A stretch of DNA of 64,000 bases, from the NCBI GenBank assembly GCA_043815125.1, contig JBDRJH010000198.1, positions 4,892-68,891 of the forward strand. Direction: 5' to 3'. This DNA comes from Verrucomicrobiota bacterium. GTDB taxonomy: Bacteria > Verrucomicrobiota > Verrucomicrobiia > Opitutales > Opitutaceae. Below the pieces are notes generated by a model, which did not search any database, had not been told where the DNA came from, and worked only from the letters and a program-made list of their open reading frames with translations. The translations under genes and the position numbers were made by a program. This document shows positions 29,047-37,940 of this stretch, in pieces. Position 1 is the first letter of the stretch; each line of letters starts with the position of its first letter.

Positions 29047-29082
29047 AAAAAAGCCGCCCCTTTTGCCGGGCGGCTTTTTTTG
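29047..29082. terminator. Bidirectional rho-independent terminator between ftsZ (+) and the PEP-CTERM gene (-).
   Basis: An A-run is followed by GCCGCCC (29053-29059), which pairs with GGGCGGC (29068-29074), and then by a T7 run. It closes the dcw operon. Confidence 0.7.
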
Positions 29083-29109
29083 TTTGGTGGGCAAGCCTCG
29101 CGCCGGCGC

Positions 29110-29949
29110 TCAGGCCGCGGTCCGGCCGCGACGGCGGATCGCCGCGAAGCCCAGCAGGCCGACCCCGGCGAGCAGTCCGGCGGAGGCCGGCTCGGGAATG
29201 CTCGCGTAAACGATCTGGGCCGAACTGAGGAAACCGCGCGAATCGCCGCCACCGCCCAACACGGCGATGTTGAGCACGTCGCCGCTGGTGATGGTGAAGC
29301 TCAATTTGACGAAGTTCTCGCCGACCACCCAGGACGAGGTCGCGTCGGTCGTGCCGCTCTCGTAGCTCAGCGTCTGGCTGTCGTAGCCGCTGAAGTTGAA
29401 GTCGCCGGACGTGGCCGACGTGGCGTAGTGGAACGTGGTGGTGCTGGCATTGTTCAGGTTGGTGTTGCGGCCCGTCAGGTAGATCTCGTAGTCGCCCGCC
29501 GCCAGACCGCTGATCTGGAAGCCGACCGCGAAGGCGTTGCCGGTGCTGCTGCCGATGAAGATGCCGTCCTTGGCCACGGAGTTGTCGGCATAGACGCCCG
29601 TGTTGATGTTCGTGCCGAGCGCGAGGCTTTGAATAAAGCCGCGATCAAGATCCATCGAGGTCGAGCCGGCGCTGGCTCCGGCGGCCACGTCGAGCGTGAT
29701 GCCGCTCGCGGCGCTGCCGTCCGACCACAACAGATCGGAGACGGGGGCGAAGGTGCCGCTCTGGCCGCTGCTGTCGGTGATGGTGTTCCACCCGTCGTCG
29801 GCGAAGTCGCCGTCGGCGGAGTGGTAGGGACTGTCGGTCAGCGACGAGCCGTCGGCGACGGTGGGACCAAAATCGAGCATCAGCACCTGCGCGCCGAGCG
29901 AGCCGGCGGCGGCGGCGGCGGCGATGAAATAACGTAGTGAAGTGAGCAT
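29110..29949 (-). CDS. PEP-CTERM sorting-domain secreted protein.
   Basis: ORF 29110..30015 trimmed to ATG 29949, giving the signal peptide 'MLTSLRYFIAAAAAAGSLGAQ'. The C-terminus 'IPEPASAGLLAGVGLLGFAAIRRRG' is a canonical PEP-CTERM motif followed by a TM helix and an Arg cluster. Confidence 0.8.
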   Translation of the reverse strand: MLTSLRYFIAAAAAAGSLGAQVLMLDFGPTVADGSSLTDSPYHSADGDFADDGWNTITDSSGQSGTFAPVSDLLWSDGSAASGITLDVAAGASAGSTSMDLDRGFIQSLALGTNINTGVYADNSVAKDGIFIGSSTGNAFAVGFQISGLAAGDYEIYLTGRNTNLNNASTTTFHYATSATSGDFNFSGYDSQTLSYESGTTDATSSWVVGENFVKLSFTITSGDVLNIAVLGGGGDSRGFLSSAQIVYASIPEPASAGLLAGVGLLGFAAIRRRGRTAA

Positions 29950-30051
29950 GACGTTTGTGGGGTTGGGGTGGGGTTTTGTCCTCAAAACAATCCGGGGGCT
30001 TCGACCGGGGCTCAAATTTTATGAATTGAATAACTAAGATAAGAACTATGG

Positions 30052-30957
30052 ATGTTTGACATGTGTCCCGTATCCGAGCCCCTGGGGTCCGACCGCCTCC
30101 CGATGCGCGAGTGGGCCTACGTCCACTCCGAGCTGGAGTGGATCTACGACCACGAGGTGCCCGCCGAGTATCGCGAGCGCAGCGTCGACAAGCAGCGCAA
30201 CGGTTACTGGGCCTGGTATGTGCGCGAAGGGCGCGCGGTGGTGGTCACCGAGTCGGGAAAACGTTACGAGGCCGGGGCGGACAGCTGGCTGATGGTGCCC
30301 ACGGAGCGGTTGACGCAGCAGTTTTCGGCCGACGCACGCATCCTCTCGCTGCACTTTCTCTGCCAGTGGCCGGCGGGGGAAAACATCCTCTCGGGCAACG
30401 GTGGCCTGGTGGTGCGCGGCGAGGATTATCCCGAACTCGAACGCAAGGCCGCGCGACTCGAACGCATGGTGCGCCGGCACCTGCCCGAGGCGGACCGCAT
30501 GTATTACGGGTGTTTTTCCGACTTCGAGCAGTTCCTCTCCTTTCATGCGTTGTTCCAGCAGTGGCTGACCCTGTGGTTTCGCATTCAAAAACAGCACGGT
30601 GCCGATCCGGTGCGCCTGCTCGGCGTGGACAACCGCCTGCTCAACGTGCAGCGCCATCTCAACACCGCGCCGCTGCACGAAGGCCTGCCGGTCGAGGCCC
30701 TGCGCCGCGAGAGCGGTCTGAGCGACGCGCATCTCAACCGCATGTTTCTCGCGCAACACGGCCTCACCGTGCGCAAGTATTGGGAACGTCGCCGGCTCCA
30801 GGCCGCGCGCAGCCTGCTCGAAACCAGCCAGATGCCCATCAAGGAGGTGGCCTACGCGCTCGGTTTCCGCGCCGACTCCCACTTCATGATGTGGTTCAAG
30901 CAGCACACCGGCAAACGCCCCAAGGAATACCGCCAGTGCCACCGCACCATCACCTGA
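30052..30957 (+). CDS. AraC family transcriptional regulator.
   Basis: C-terminal double HTH: 'VEALRRESGLSDAHLNRMFLAQHGLTVRKYWERRRLQAARSLLETSQMPIKEVAYALGFRADSHFMMWFKQHTGKRPKEYR'. Confidence 0.85.
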   Translation: MFDMCPVSEPLGSDRLPMREWAYVHSELEWIYDHEVPAEYRERSVDKQRNGYWAWYVREGRAVVVTESGKRYEAGADSWLMVPTERLTQQFSADARILSLHFLCQWPAGENILSGNGGLVVRGEDYPELERKAARLERMVRRHLPEADRMYYGCFSDFEQFLSFHALFQQWLTLWFRIQKQHGADPVRLLGVDNRLLNVQRHLNTAPLHEGLPVEALRRESGLSDAHLNRMFLAQHGLTVRKYWERRRLQAARSLLETSQMPIKEVAYALGFRADSHFMMWFKQHTGKRPKEYRQCHRTIT

Positions 30958-30987
30958 AAAAGTGTCACTTAATGAGTGACACTTTTT
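30957..30987. terminator. AT-rich perfect palindrome overlapping the last base of the AraC stop codon. It is a candidate bidirectional terminator or protein-binding site.
   Basis: AAAAAGTGTCACT-TAATG-AGTGACACTTTTT. The core GTCACTTAAT(G/A)AGTGAC recurs at 63311-63333. Confidence 0.45.
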
Positions 30988-31070
30988 CAGCCCGCCCCGC
31001 CCGCGAGCGAGGCGAGCCGACAGGCCCCGGCCCGTGGACGGCGGCGTGGACGGGGGCGGTCGGGGCGACG

Positions 31071-31105
31071 AAATAAAAACTAACCTGTCTGGTTAGTTTT
31101 TATTT
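31071..31105. terminator. AT-rich palindrome overlapping the stop codon of the VOC gene. It is a candidate bidirectional terminator and a repeated element.
   Basis: AAATAAAAACTAACC-TGTCT-GGTTAGTTTTTATTT. The reverse-complement copy of its first 23 nt occurs at 63978-64000, at the window edge. Confidence 0.45.
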
Positions 31106-31558
31106 TTGCGAACGCAGCCGGCCTTCGTCGCCGGGGGCGAGTTGGGCGCTGGCGTGGGTGTATTCCATGAGCTCAATGCGGTTGCCGTCGGGGTCGGCCA
31201 GCCAGGCTTGGAACGAACCGTCCATGCCCGTCGTGATCGGACCGACGTCGACGCCGCGGGCGATGAGCGTCTCGCGGAACGCGGCCAGACCGGTGACTTC
31301 GAGGCAGAAGTGGCCGTAGCGGTTCCCCGTGGTCAGCGGCGCGGGCGGGGTGCCGTCGCCCCATTGCCTGGTTGCGCCGGCCTGGTCGAAAAACTCGACG
31401 AAGGTCGTGTCGCCCATGGCGACGTAGGCGCCGAAGATGGAGCCGTCGGCGGCGGCGAAGCGGAACTTGACCGTGAGTCCGAGCCGGTCGCGATAAAACG
31501 CGACCACGCGGTCAAGGTCGTTGGTGGTGAGGCAGAGGTGGGCGAGTTTACGAATCAT
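31100..31558 (-). CDS. VOC (glyoxalase/bleomycin-resistance/dioxygenase) family protein.
   Basis: 152 aa. 'LAHLCLTTNDLDRVVAFYRDRLGL' and 'GHFCLEV...DPDGNRIELME' are typical paired beta-alpha-beta-beta-beta VOC modules. Confidence 0.8.
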   Translation of the reverse strand: MIRKLAHLCLTTNDLDRVVAFYRDRLGLTVKFRFAAADGSIFGAYVAMGDTTFVEFFDQAGATRQWGDGTPPAPLTTGNRYGHFCLEVTGLAAFRETLIARGVDVGPITTGMDGSFQAWLADPDGNRIELMEYTHASAQLAPGDEGRLRSQK

Positions 31559-31624
31559 AAAACGTCGGTAACCGTGACGCCCGCGGCGCGGCCAAAGTGT
31601 AACCCAATAGGTTACAAACGGCCG

Positions 31625-32047
31625 TCAGGGGGTGGTCCAGAGGGCGGTGAGGTCGGTGGCGCGGAGCCAGCCGGTTTGGTCGTTGGGGAGGGTGATCTGG
31701 CGCCAGCCGAGGAAGTCCTTGCCGACCCGGGCGAGGGTGCCGGCTTGCACGGTGGTGGTCTGCTGGTCCTGGGCGGCCTCGGTGGGCACGGAGCGCAGGG
31801 TGGCCTCGCGCCAGACCAGCACGGTGTCGCGGGCGGTCAGGGGCGCGTAGGCACGCAGGGCGACCGCGGCGGTCGCGGCCGCCAGCAGGGCGATGGAGAA
31901 CAGGAGCAAGGCCCAGCGCGCCGGCAGTCGTGTGTAGCCGGAGAGCACGAGCAGGGTGAGCGCGGTCGCGCCGACCGCGGCGGCGGCGATGAGCACGAGC
32001 TGCCACACGAACGGGCCGGCGAGGCGGGCGATCTGGTCGGCCGGCAA
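31625..32047 (-). CDS. Membrane-anchored SH3-like domain protein, the BatE-like C-terminal portion and last ORF of the Bat operon.
   Basis: Two or three TM helices precede a C-terminal 'VQAGTLARVGKDFLGWRQITLPNDQTGWLRATDL', which is bacterial SH3-like. This ORF is in the same frame as the upstream batD/TPR ORF and is separated from it only by a TAG at 32117-32119. Confidence 0.55.
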   Translation of the reverse strand: MPADQIARLAGPFVWQLVLIAAAAVGATALTLLVLSGYTRLPARWALLLFSIALLAAATAAVALRAYAPLTARDTVLVWREATLRSVPTEAAQDQQTTTVQAGTLARVGKDFLGWRQITLPNDQTGWLRATDLTALWTTP

Positions 32048-32116
32048 CGGGGAGTCGACGACGAACGGGGCGAAGGCGGCGGCGACCTTGGGGGACTTGT
32101 CGGCGGCGAGGGCGAG

Positions 32117-34119
32117 CTACCAGCGGGTGGCCGGGGAGGCGGGGTTATGCAACCAGGCGACGGCGGCGTGGGCGGCGGCCTCGTCCCAACGATCCTGTTG
32201 GGCGAGGGCGAGCGAGAGATTGTGGCGGGCGGCCCAGTCTGTCGGGGTTTTTTGGATACGTTCGCGCCAGCCGGTCTCGGCGGCGGCGAAGTCGCCGGAC
32301 GCGTAGTCGTCGGTCTGGGCGGGCAATGCCGGCGCGAGGAGGAGCAGGAGGGCGATGGTGGCGAGCCAGGGGAAGAGATTGCGCGGGCGGAAGAGTTGCC
32401 AGGGCGACCACGCGGGCACGGCGTGCAGGGCGAGGGCCTGGCGGGCCTGGGCGATCCATTGGGGGGCGATGGGGGTGTCGCGGCGGTAGAGCACGCGTTC
32501 GCTCTCGGCCCAGAGCGCGCCCCAGCCGGCATCGGGGAAGTCGCGCGGGGTGGGTGTGGCGACGTCGAGTTGCCAGAGCCGCGCGGTGTCGTCGCGCCAG
32601 GCGCGCACGAGTTCGGGCGTGGGTTGTTCGGCGATTTGGTCGAGGGTGCGGGCGAGTCGGTCGCGGGCTTCGCGCAGGTGGCGGGCGGGGTCGGTCTGGC
32701 GGGAGCGTCGGAGGGCGAGCGCGAACCAAAGCAGCGGGGGCAGGGCGAAGGGGGCGGCGCAGAGCCGGAGCAGGGGGGAGGGCGCGAGGGGGTTGCCGGC
32801 GGGTGGCGCGTCGGGCAGCGGGTCGAGCGGGATGACGCCGACGGGTTTGACCGGGGCGGGCGGAGGGGGCTGCGTGCCGGCGGCCGGGGTGGTGGCGGGA
32901 CCGGGCGTGGTGGTCGCGGCGGGGATGGGGGCGCCGGTGACGTTGATGGTGAAGGTCTCGGTGGCGAGGGTGCGGTAATCGCCCTTGGCGGGGTCGAAGA
33001 CGACGAGATTGACCGGGCCGAGCGTGTGGGTGCCGGGCGCGGTGGGAATGAGCACGACGTCCTCGCTGAGGGTGGCGTTGAAGAGGCCGCCTTCTCGGGC
33101 GGGGGTGCGCACGGCCTGGGGTTGCACGACGCGGAAATCCCGCGAGACCTCGCGCGAGGGCAGGGCGTTGATCGAGGGCCAGTTGCCGACGCCCTCAAGC
33201 GTGAGCGTCCAGGTGACGGGTTCGCCGACCTGGGCGTCGAGCGGCACGGCCTTGGCGGTGAGGTTGAAGTCGCCGACGATGCCGCTGAAGCCGGCGGGGG
33301 CGGGCGCGGGCAGGGGTTTGACGTTGATGGTGGCGGGGGCGGAGCTGACGCCGTATTGTTCGAGGTTGGGGCGTCCGAAGAAGCCGAACGAGGTGGTGCC
33401 GGTGTTGAGGTTGACGAGTTGTTTGGCGGGCTGGAGGGCGAGTTCGCCGGCGGTGGGCGCGAGGGCGAGGGTGCGGTAGTTGATGCGGACCTTGCGCACG
33501 CCGCCCTGCACGATCTCGGTGCTGTCGGGCTGGGGCCAGTCCTCGATGATGAGCGGGGCGGGTTGCCAGTCGGGGTGGCTGCCGAGGCCGTAGAAGTAAT
33601 TTTTGTCGACCTCAAGCGCGTAGCCGAGGGCGAAGACTTGTCCTTGCCAGACGGATACGGGCGGCGGGATGAAGCGGGCGGTGGCGATGTCGGCGAGGCG
33701 GGCGCGGTTGTCGCCGACGGTGGCCTCGGCCACGGTGAAGGTGACGGGGGCGGCGCGCACGGAGCCCTTGTCGGTGCCCACGTGAGCGCGGGGATGGTGA
33801 TCTCGGCGCCGAGCGGGGCGGTGGCGACCACGGGGTAGGAGACGGTGACGGTGGAGGATTGGGCGGCGCTGCCGTTGACGATATTGAACGAGGAGCGCCG
33901 GCTGGTGGAGGGGGTGCCGAAGCGGAGGCCGTCGATGGCGGGCAGGGCGGGGGTTTCCCGGGGGGAGCAGTCCTCGAAGATGAGTTCAAGGGTGGTGGTC
34001 TCGCCTTGGGCGAGGGTGCCGCCGGCGGGTTTCCAGACGACGGACTGGGCGCCGAGGGGGGCGGCGAGGCAGCAGAGGGCGAGGAGGGTGGTGAGGAGGC
34101 GGATCATGGGCGGCGTCAC
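32117..34119 (-). pseudogene. batD: BatD-family oxygen-tolerance protein, C-terminally continuous with a BatE-like TPR segment. The frame is broken by a 1-nt shift near 33779-33781.
   Basis: The N-terminal part (signal peptide 'MIRLLTTLLALCCLAAPLGAQ' ... 'GAEITIPALTW') lies in the frame of ORF 31837..34119. After the shift, the remainder ('GTDKGSVRAAPVTFTV...') lies in ORF 32117..33781. It contains BatD-like repeats, a C-terminal TM helix and then a TPR-like 'DWAARHNLSLALAQQDRWDEAAAH'. Confidence 0.75.
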
Positions 34120-36006
34120 CAGGTTTGGCCGGCGGGGGGCGCGGGCTGGTCGTTCGGGTCTTGAAGGAGTTGAAAGAGGCGCGCGGGGGAGTCCTGGGAC
34201 TTGAGTTGTTCGAGGCGTTGCAGGGTTTGCATGAGCTCGGGGTCGTCGGTGAGGGGTTGGCCGGTGGCGGCGCCGCCGACGCGCTGGGTTTCGCCGGGTT
34301 CGGGGGAGGGTTGCCGGGCGGGCTCGCCGGCTTCAGGCGAGGGCTGGGGGGAGGCGGGGGTTTTGTCGGATGGGGTGGGTTCGTCCAGGTCGCCGAAGGC
34401 GGATTGGCCGGGTTTCTTTTCGGAGTCGGCCTGTTCGTCGGGGGCGGAGCGGTCCTGGCCGGACGCTTGGTCGGAGGGCTGGTCGGACGGCGATGCTGAA
34501 CCTTGGTCGGACGAGTCGCCCTTTTCGCCGGCGGAGTCGTTTTGTTCGCCGGAGTTGGTGTCGGAGGGATTGTCCGAGTCGGGTTGATCGGAGGGTTTTT
34601 GCTCGGAGTCCTCTTCGGATTGGCCGGGCTGTTGTTGCTGCTGCTGCTGATCTTGCGAGGGCGGGGGCTCGGGCGGCTTCTGACGTTGTGCCTGGAGGGA
34701 TTCTTGGAGGTCGTCCCACTGGGCGGCCTTGGGGTCGAGAAGGCGACCGGCGTCGACGGCGGCGAGGCCGTCGTCGACGATGCCGGCGGGCGTGGCTTGG
34801 CCCTGGGCGCGGAGGGTCTGGCCGTGGGCGAGGGTGGTGCGGGCGAACTCGGCGTAGTCGGCGGCGGTGAGGGCGGGTTTTTGCGCGAGGGTGGCGGCGA
34901 GTTCGGGCAGGGTGGGGGCGGTGTCGGCCCGGGCAGGTGGGGAAAGGGGTTGGAGTGCGAGCAGCACGGCGATCAGGTGGGCGGCGGTGCCGCGCAGGCG
35001 GCCGACGGGCGCGGAGTCGATGCGCACGGGGAACTCGCGCCAGAAGGCCCAGAGGAGCAGGAGGAGGGCGGGGGCGAGCGCCCATTGATAGCGCTCGGCG
35101 AGGCGGACGCGGCCGGTTTCCTTGAACTCGCCGGCGCGGCCTTGGTCGACGGTCGACTCGATGAGGGCGGCGATGTCGACCCATTGGCTGGCGTCGGTGT
35201 AGACGCCGTCGGTTTCGCGGGCGAGTTCGCGCAGGGTGGCGTCGTCAAGCCGGGAGAGCACGACGGCGCCGCGTTCGTCTTTGACGAGTCCGCCCTGGCC
35301 GTCGGGGGAGCATGGCGCCGGCGGTGGTGCCGATGCCGAGGGTGAGGATGCGCACGCCGCGCTCGCGGCAGGTTTTGGTCAGTTCGCGCCAGTCGTCGTT
35401 GGCGGCCTCGCCGTCGCTGAGGATGACGAGGAAGCGGTCGGCGGAGGAGTCGCTGAAGGCGCCGAGCGAGGTCTGGAGCAGCGCGGTGTAGTCGGTGCCG
35501 CCGGCGGGCAGGAAGCCGGGGTCGAGCAGCGGGAGGAAGTCGCGGATGATCTCGTGGTCGCCGCTGAGGGGGCTTTGCAAAAACGCGGTGCCGGAGAAGA
35601 CGACGAGGCCGACGCGTTCGCCGGGGGTGTTTTCGAGCAGGCTTTGGGTGAGCAGGCGGGCGCGTTCGAGGCGGTTGGGTTTGACGTCGTCGGCGAGCAT
35701 CGAGCGGGATAGGTCGATGGCGACGAGGATCTCGCGGGCCTGATCGAAGACGGGTTCCTCGATGCGGCCCCATTGCGGGCGGGCGACGGCGAGCGCGGCG
35801 AGGGCGAGGCCGAGGGCGAGCCGCCAGCGGACGCGGGCGCGACGGGCGCGTCCGGACGGGGTGAGCGAGACGCCGCCGGGGCCGGCGTCGGCGGCGAGGA
35901 TTTTGTCCGGGCGGGCGTTGGCCGGGGCGCGGCGAGCGATGTCCCGCGCGAGCAGCAGCAGGGGGAGGGCGAGCAGCCAGAGGAGTTGCGGGTGGAGGAA
36001 GCTCAT
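34116..36006 (-). pseudogene. batB: VWA-domain protein BatB fused to a BatC-like TPR/acidic low-complexity tail. The frame is broken by a 1-nt shift in a G5 run at 35304-35308.
   Basis: The N-terminal part starts at ATG 36006 ('MSFLHPQLLWLLALPLLL', VWA motif 'LVAIDLSRSM', '...GIGTTAGAMLP') and then runs into a premature stop. The -1 frame continues 'DGQGGLVKDERGAVVLSRLDDATLRELARETDGVY...', followed by a TM helix, a TPR-like region and a Q/S/D/E-rich tail that ends at 34116. Confidence 0.8.
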
Positions 36007-37019
36007 GCGGCGGCGGACTGGGGGCGGACGGCGAGGGCGGCGAGCAGCAGGCAGGCGGCGCCGGGCAGGGTGAACCAGGGGAAGTATTCGTTGGTGATGA
36101 GCGTGGACTTGGCCTCGAACTCGATCTTCTCGTTTTCGTCGATGGCGGCGAAGGCGCGTTGCACGGTGTCGGCGTCGGCGGCGCGGAAGTATTGCCCGTC
36201 GGTGAGCTCGGCGATGCGGTGCAGGGTGGTCTCGTCGAGGTCGGACTGGACGCGGCGGGTGCCGAGGCGGTTGCCGGCCTGGTCGAAGACGGGCATGGGC
36301 ACGATGCCGTTGCGGCCGGCGCCGATGGTGTAGACGGGGATGGCGCGTTTTTGCGCGATTTCGGCGGCGGCGATCGGGGCCATGGCCCCGCGGTTGTTGG
36401 AGCCGTCGGTGAGGAGCACGACGAAGGCACCGGCGCGTTTGCCGTCGTCGGTGCGGGCGGCCTGTTCGAGGCGAGAGAGGGCGACGCCGAGTCCGTCGCC
36501 GATGGCGGTGCCGTCCTCGATGAGGCCGATCTTGAGGCGTTCGATCTGTTTGCCGAGCCAGGCGTGGTCGAAGGTGAGCGGCGCGAGCGTGTAGGCGCGG
36601 CCGGAAAAGACGACGATGCCGATGCGGTCGCCGGGGCGCTCGGTGATGAAGGCCTGGATGACGGGCTTGATGGCCTGCAGGCGGTTGGCGGGGCGTCCGT
36701 TGACCTCGTAGTCCTCGGCGAGCATCGAGCCGGAGAGGTCGACCGCGAGGATGAGGTCGTAGCCCTCGGTGTTGACGACCTGGCGCTGGTCGAGGCGCTG
36801 GGGGCGGGCGAGGCCGAGGGTGAGCAACACGAGTCCGAGGCCCGCGAAGATGAGCGGCAGGCGGCTCGGGCTGGTGAGCGAGGGTTGGTGCCAGGCGGCG
36901 GCGAAGGGCACGACGAGCACGGGCACGCGGCGCCGTCTGCGCAGCCAGATGGCGAGCGGGAGCAGCAGCAGGGCGAGCAGCCAGAGCGGGGTGGCGAAGA
37001 TGTAGTTGCCGGCGAACAT
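36003..37019 (-). CDS. batA: VWA-domain protein BatA.
   Basis: N-terminal TM helices, the MIDAS motif 'LAVDLSGSM', 'LLTDGSNN' and a C-terminal TM helix. Its stop overlaps the batB start (ATGA). Confidence 0.85.
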   Translation of the reverse strand: MFAGNYIFATPLWLLALLLLPLAIWLRRRRRVPVLVVPFAAAWHQPSLTSPSRLPLIFAGLGLVLLTLGLARPQRLDQRQVVNTEGYDLILAVDLSGSMLAEDYEVNGRPANRLQAIKPVIQAFITERPGDRIGIVVFSGRAYTLAPLTFDHAWLGKQIERLKIGLIEDGTAIGDGLGVALSRLEQAARTDDGKRAGAFVVLLTDGSNNRGAMAPIAAAEIAQKRAIPVYTIGAGRNGIVPMPVFDQAGNRLGTRRVQSDLDETTLHRIAELTDGQYFRAADADTVQRAFAAIDENEKIEFEAKSTLITNEYFPWFTLPGAACLLLAALAVRPQSAAA

Positions 37020-37022
37020 GCG

Positions 37023-37940
37023 TTAACGGGCCCCCATGCGCTCGCGGAAGAACCGCACGAGCGCGTCGAGGCGGTTTTGGTCGGTGCCCACGGTGAGCCG
37101 AGCGCGCTGGTCGGGGAAGAGACGCGTCCACGACTGTTCGCGTTGTTTGCGCCACTGGCCGTGCGCGGTGCGGGTGGCGGGAGTGTTTTCCAAGGTCACG
37201 AGGCGTCCGGCCAGCGGGTCGTAGGCGCTGATCAAGCGGCCGTCGGGAAAGTCGCGCTCCCACGGATCCTCGACGCGAAAGCCGAGCGTCTGGAAGCGCT
37301 CCTGCAACAGAGGCCACCCCTCGGGCGGCGTGCGCGGGGCGAAGTCGCCCAGCCACACGACGATGCTGTGGCGCGGCGCGGCGCGCAGGATGAGTTGCCA
37401 CGGGAGCAGGGGGCGCTCCGCCACGGGCGCGTCGATGGCGGGGGCGGGGAGGGTGAAGAGGTTGGCGGCCGCGTGGTGGATGGCGCCGCGTCCGCGCATG
37501 GGCGGGCGCAGGGTGTGTTTGCCGTCGGGCAACACGTGCACGAAGCCGACGCGGTCGCGGTTGATCGCGCCGAGCAGCATGAGGAAGCCCGCGAGTTCGA
37601 GCAGCGCCTCGCGCTTGGTGACGTCGCCGGAGCCGAACTGCAGGCTCGGCGTGTCCTCGAAGACGATCAGCACGGTGACCTCGCGCTCCTCCACGAATTT
37701 TTTGCGGTAGGGTTCGCCGAGGCGCGCGGTGACGTTCCAGTCGATGTCGCGCACATCGTCGCCGAACTCGTAGCGCACGACCTGGTCGAACTCCATGCCG
37801 CGTCCGCGGAAGGCCGAGCGGTATTCGCCGCCGAGCACGTTCTCCACCGCGTGACGCACGCGCCACTCCAGCCGGCGCAGGGCCGCGAGGGGCGCGGTGG
37901 GCGAGGGGGTGCTGCTGGCGTTGTTTTCCGGACGACTCAT
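37023..37940 (-). CDS. DUF58 domain protein, the partner of the MoxR ATPase.
   Basis: ORF 37023..38018 trimmed to ATG 37940. 'GGEYRSAFRGRGMEFDQVVRYEFGDDVRDIDWNVTAR' is the DUF58 signature. Confidence 0.85.
   Translation of the reverse strand: MSRPENNASSTPSPTAPLAALRRLEWRVRHAVENVLGGEYRSAFRGRGMEFDQVVRYEFGDDVRDIDWNVTARLGEPYRKKFVEEREVTVLIVFEDTPSLQFGSGDVTKREALLELAGFLMLLGAINRDRVGFVHVLPDGKHTLRPPMRGRGAIHHAAANLFTLPAPAIDAPVAERPLLPWQLILRAAPRHSIVVWLGDFAPRTPPEGWPLLQERFQTLGFRVEDPWERDFPDGRLISAYDPLAGRLVTLENTPATRTAHGQWRKQREQSWTRLFPDQRARLTVGTDQNRLDALVRFFRERMGAR

Noticed and set aside
34622-34650. Short CAG/CAA trinucleotide run encoding a poly-Gln stretch (QQQQQQQ) in the BatB/C tail, as a possible phase-variable microsatellite.
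   Set aside because: It has only about seven imperfect repeats (mixed TTG/CTG on the plus strand). It is in-frame by triplets, so slippage would not switch the gene off. It sits in a generally low-complexity acidic/Gln-rich region.
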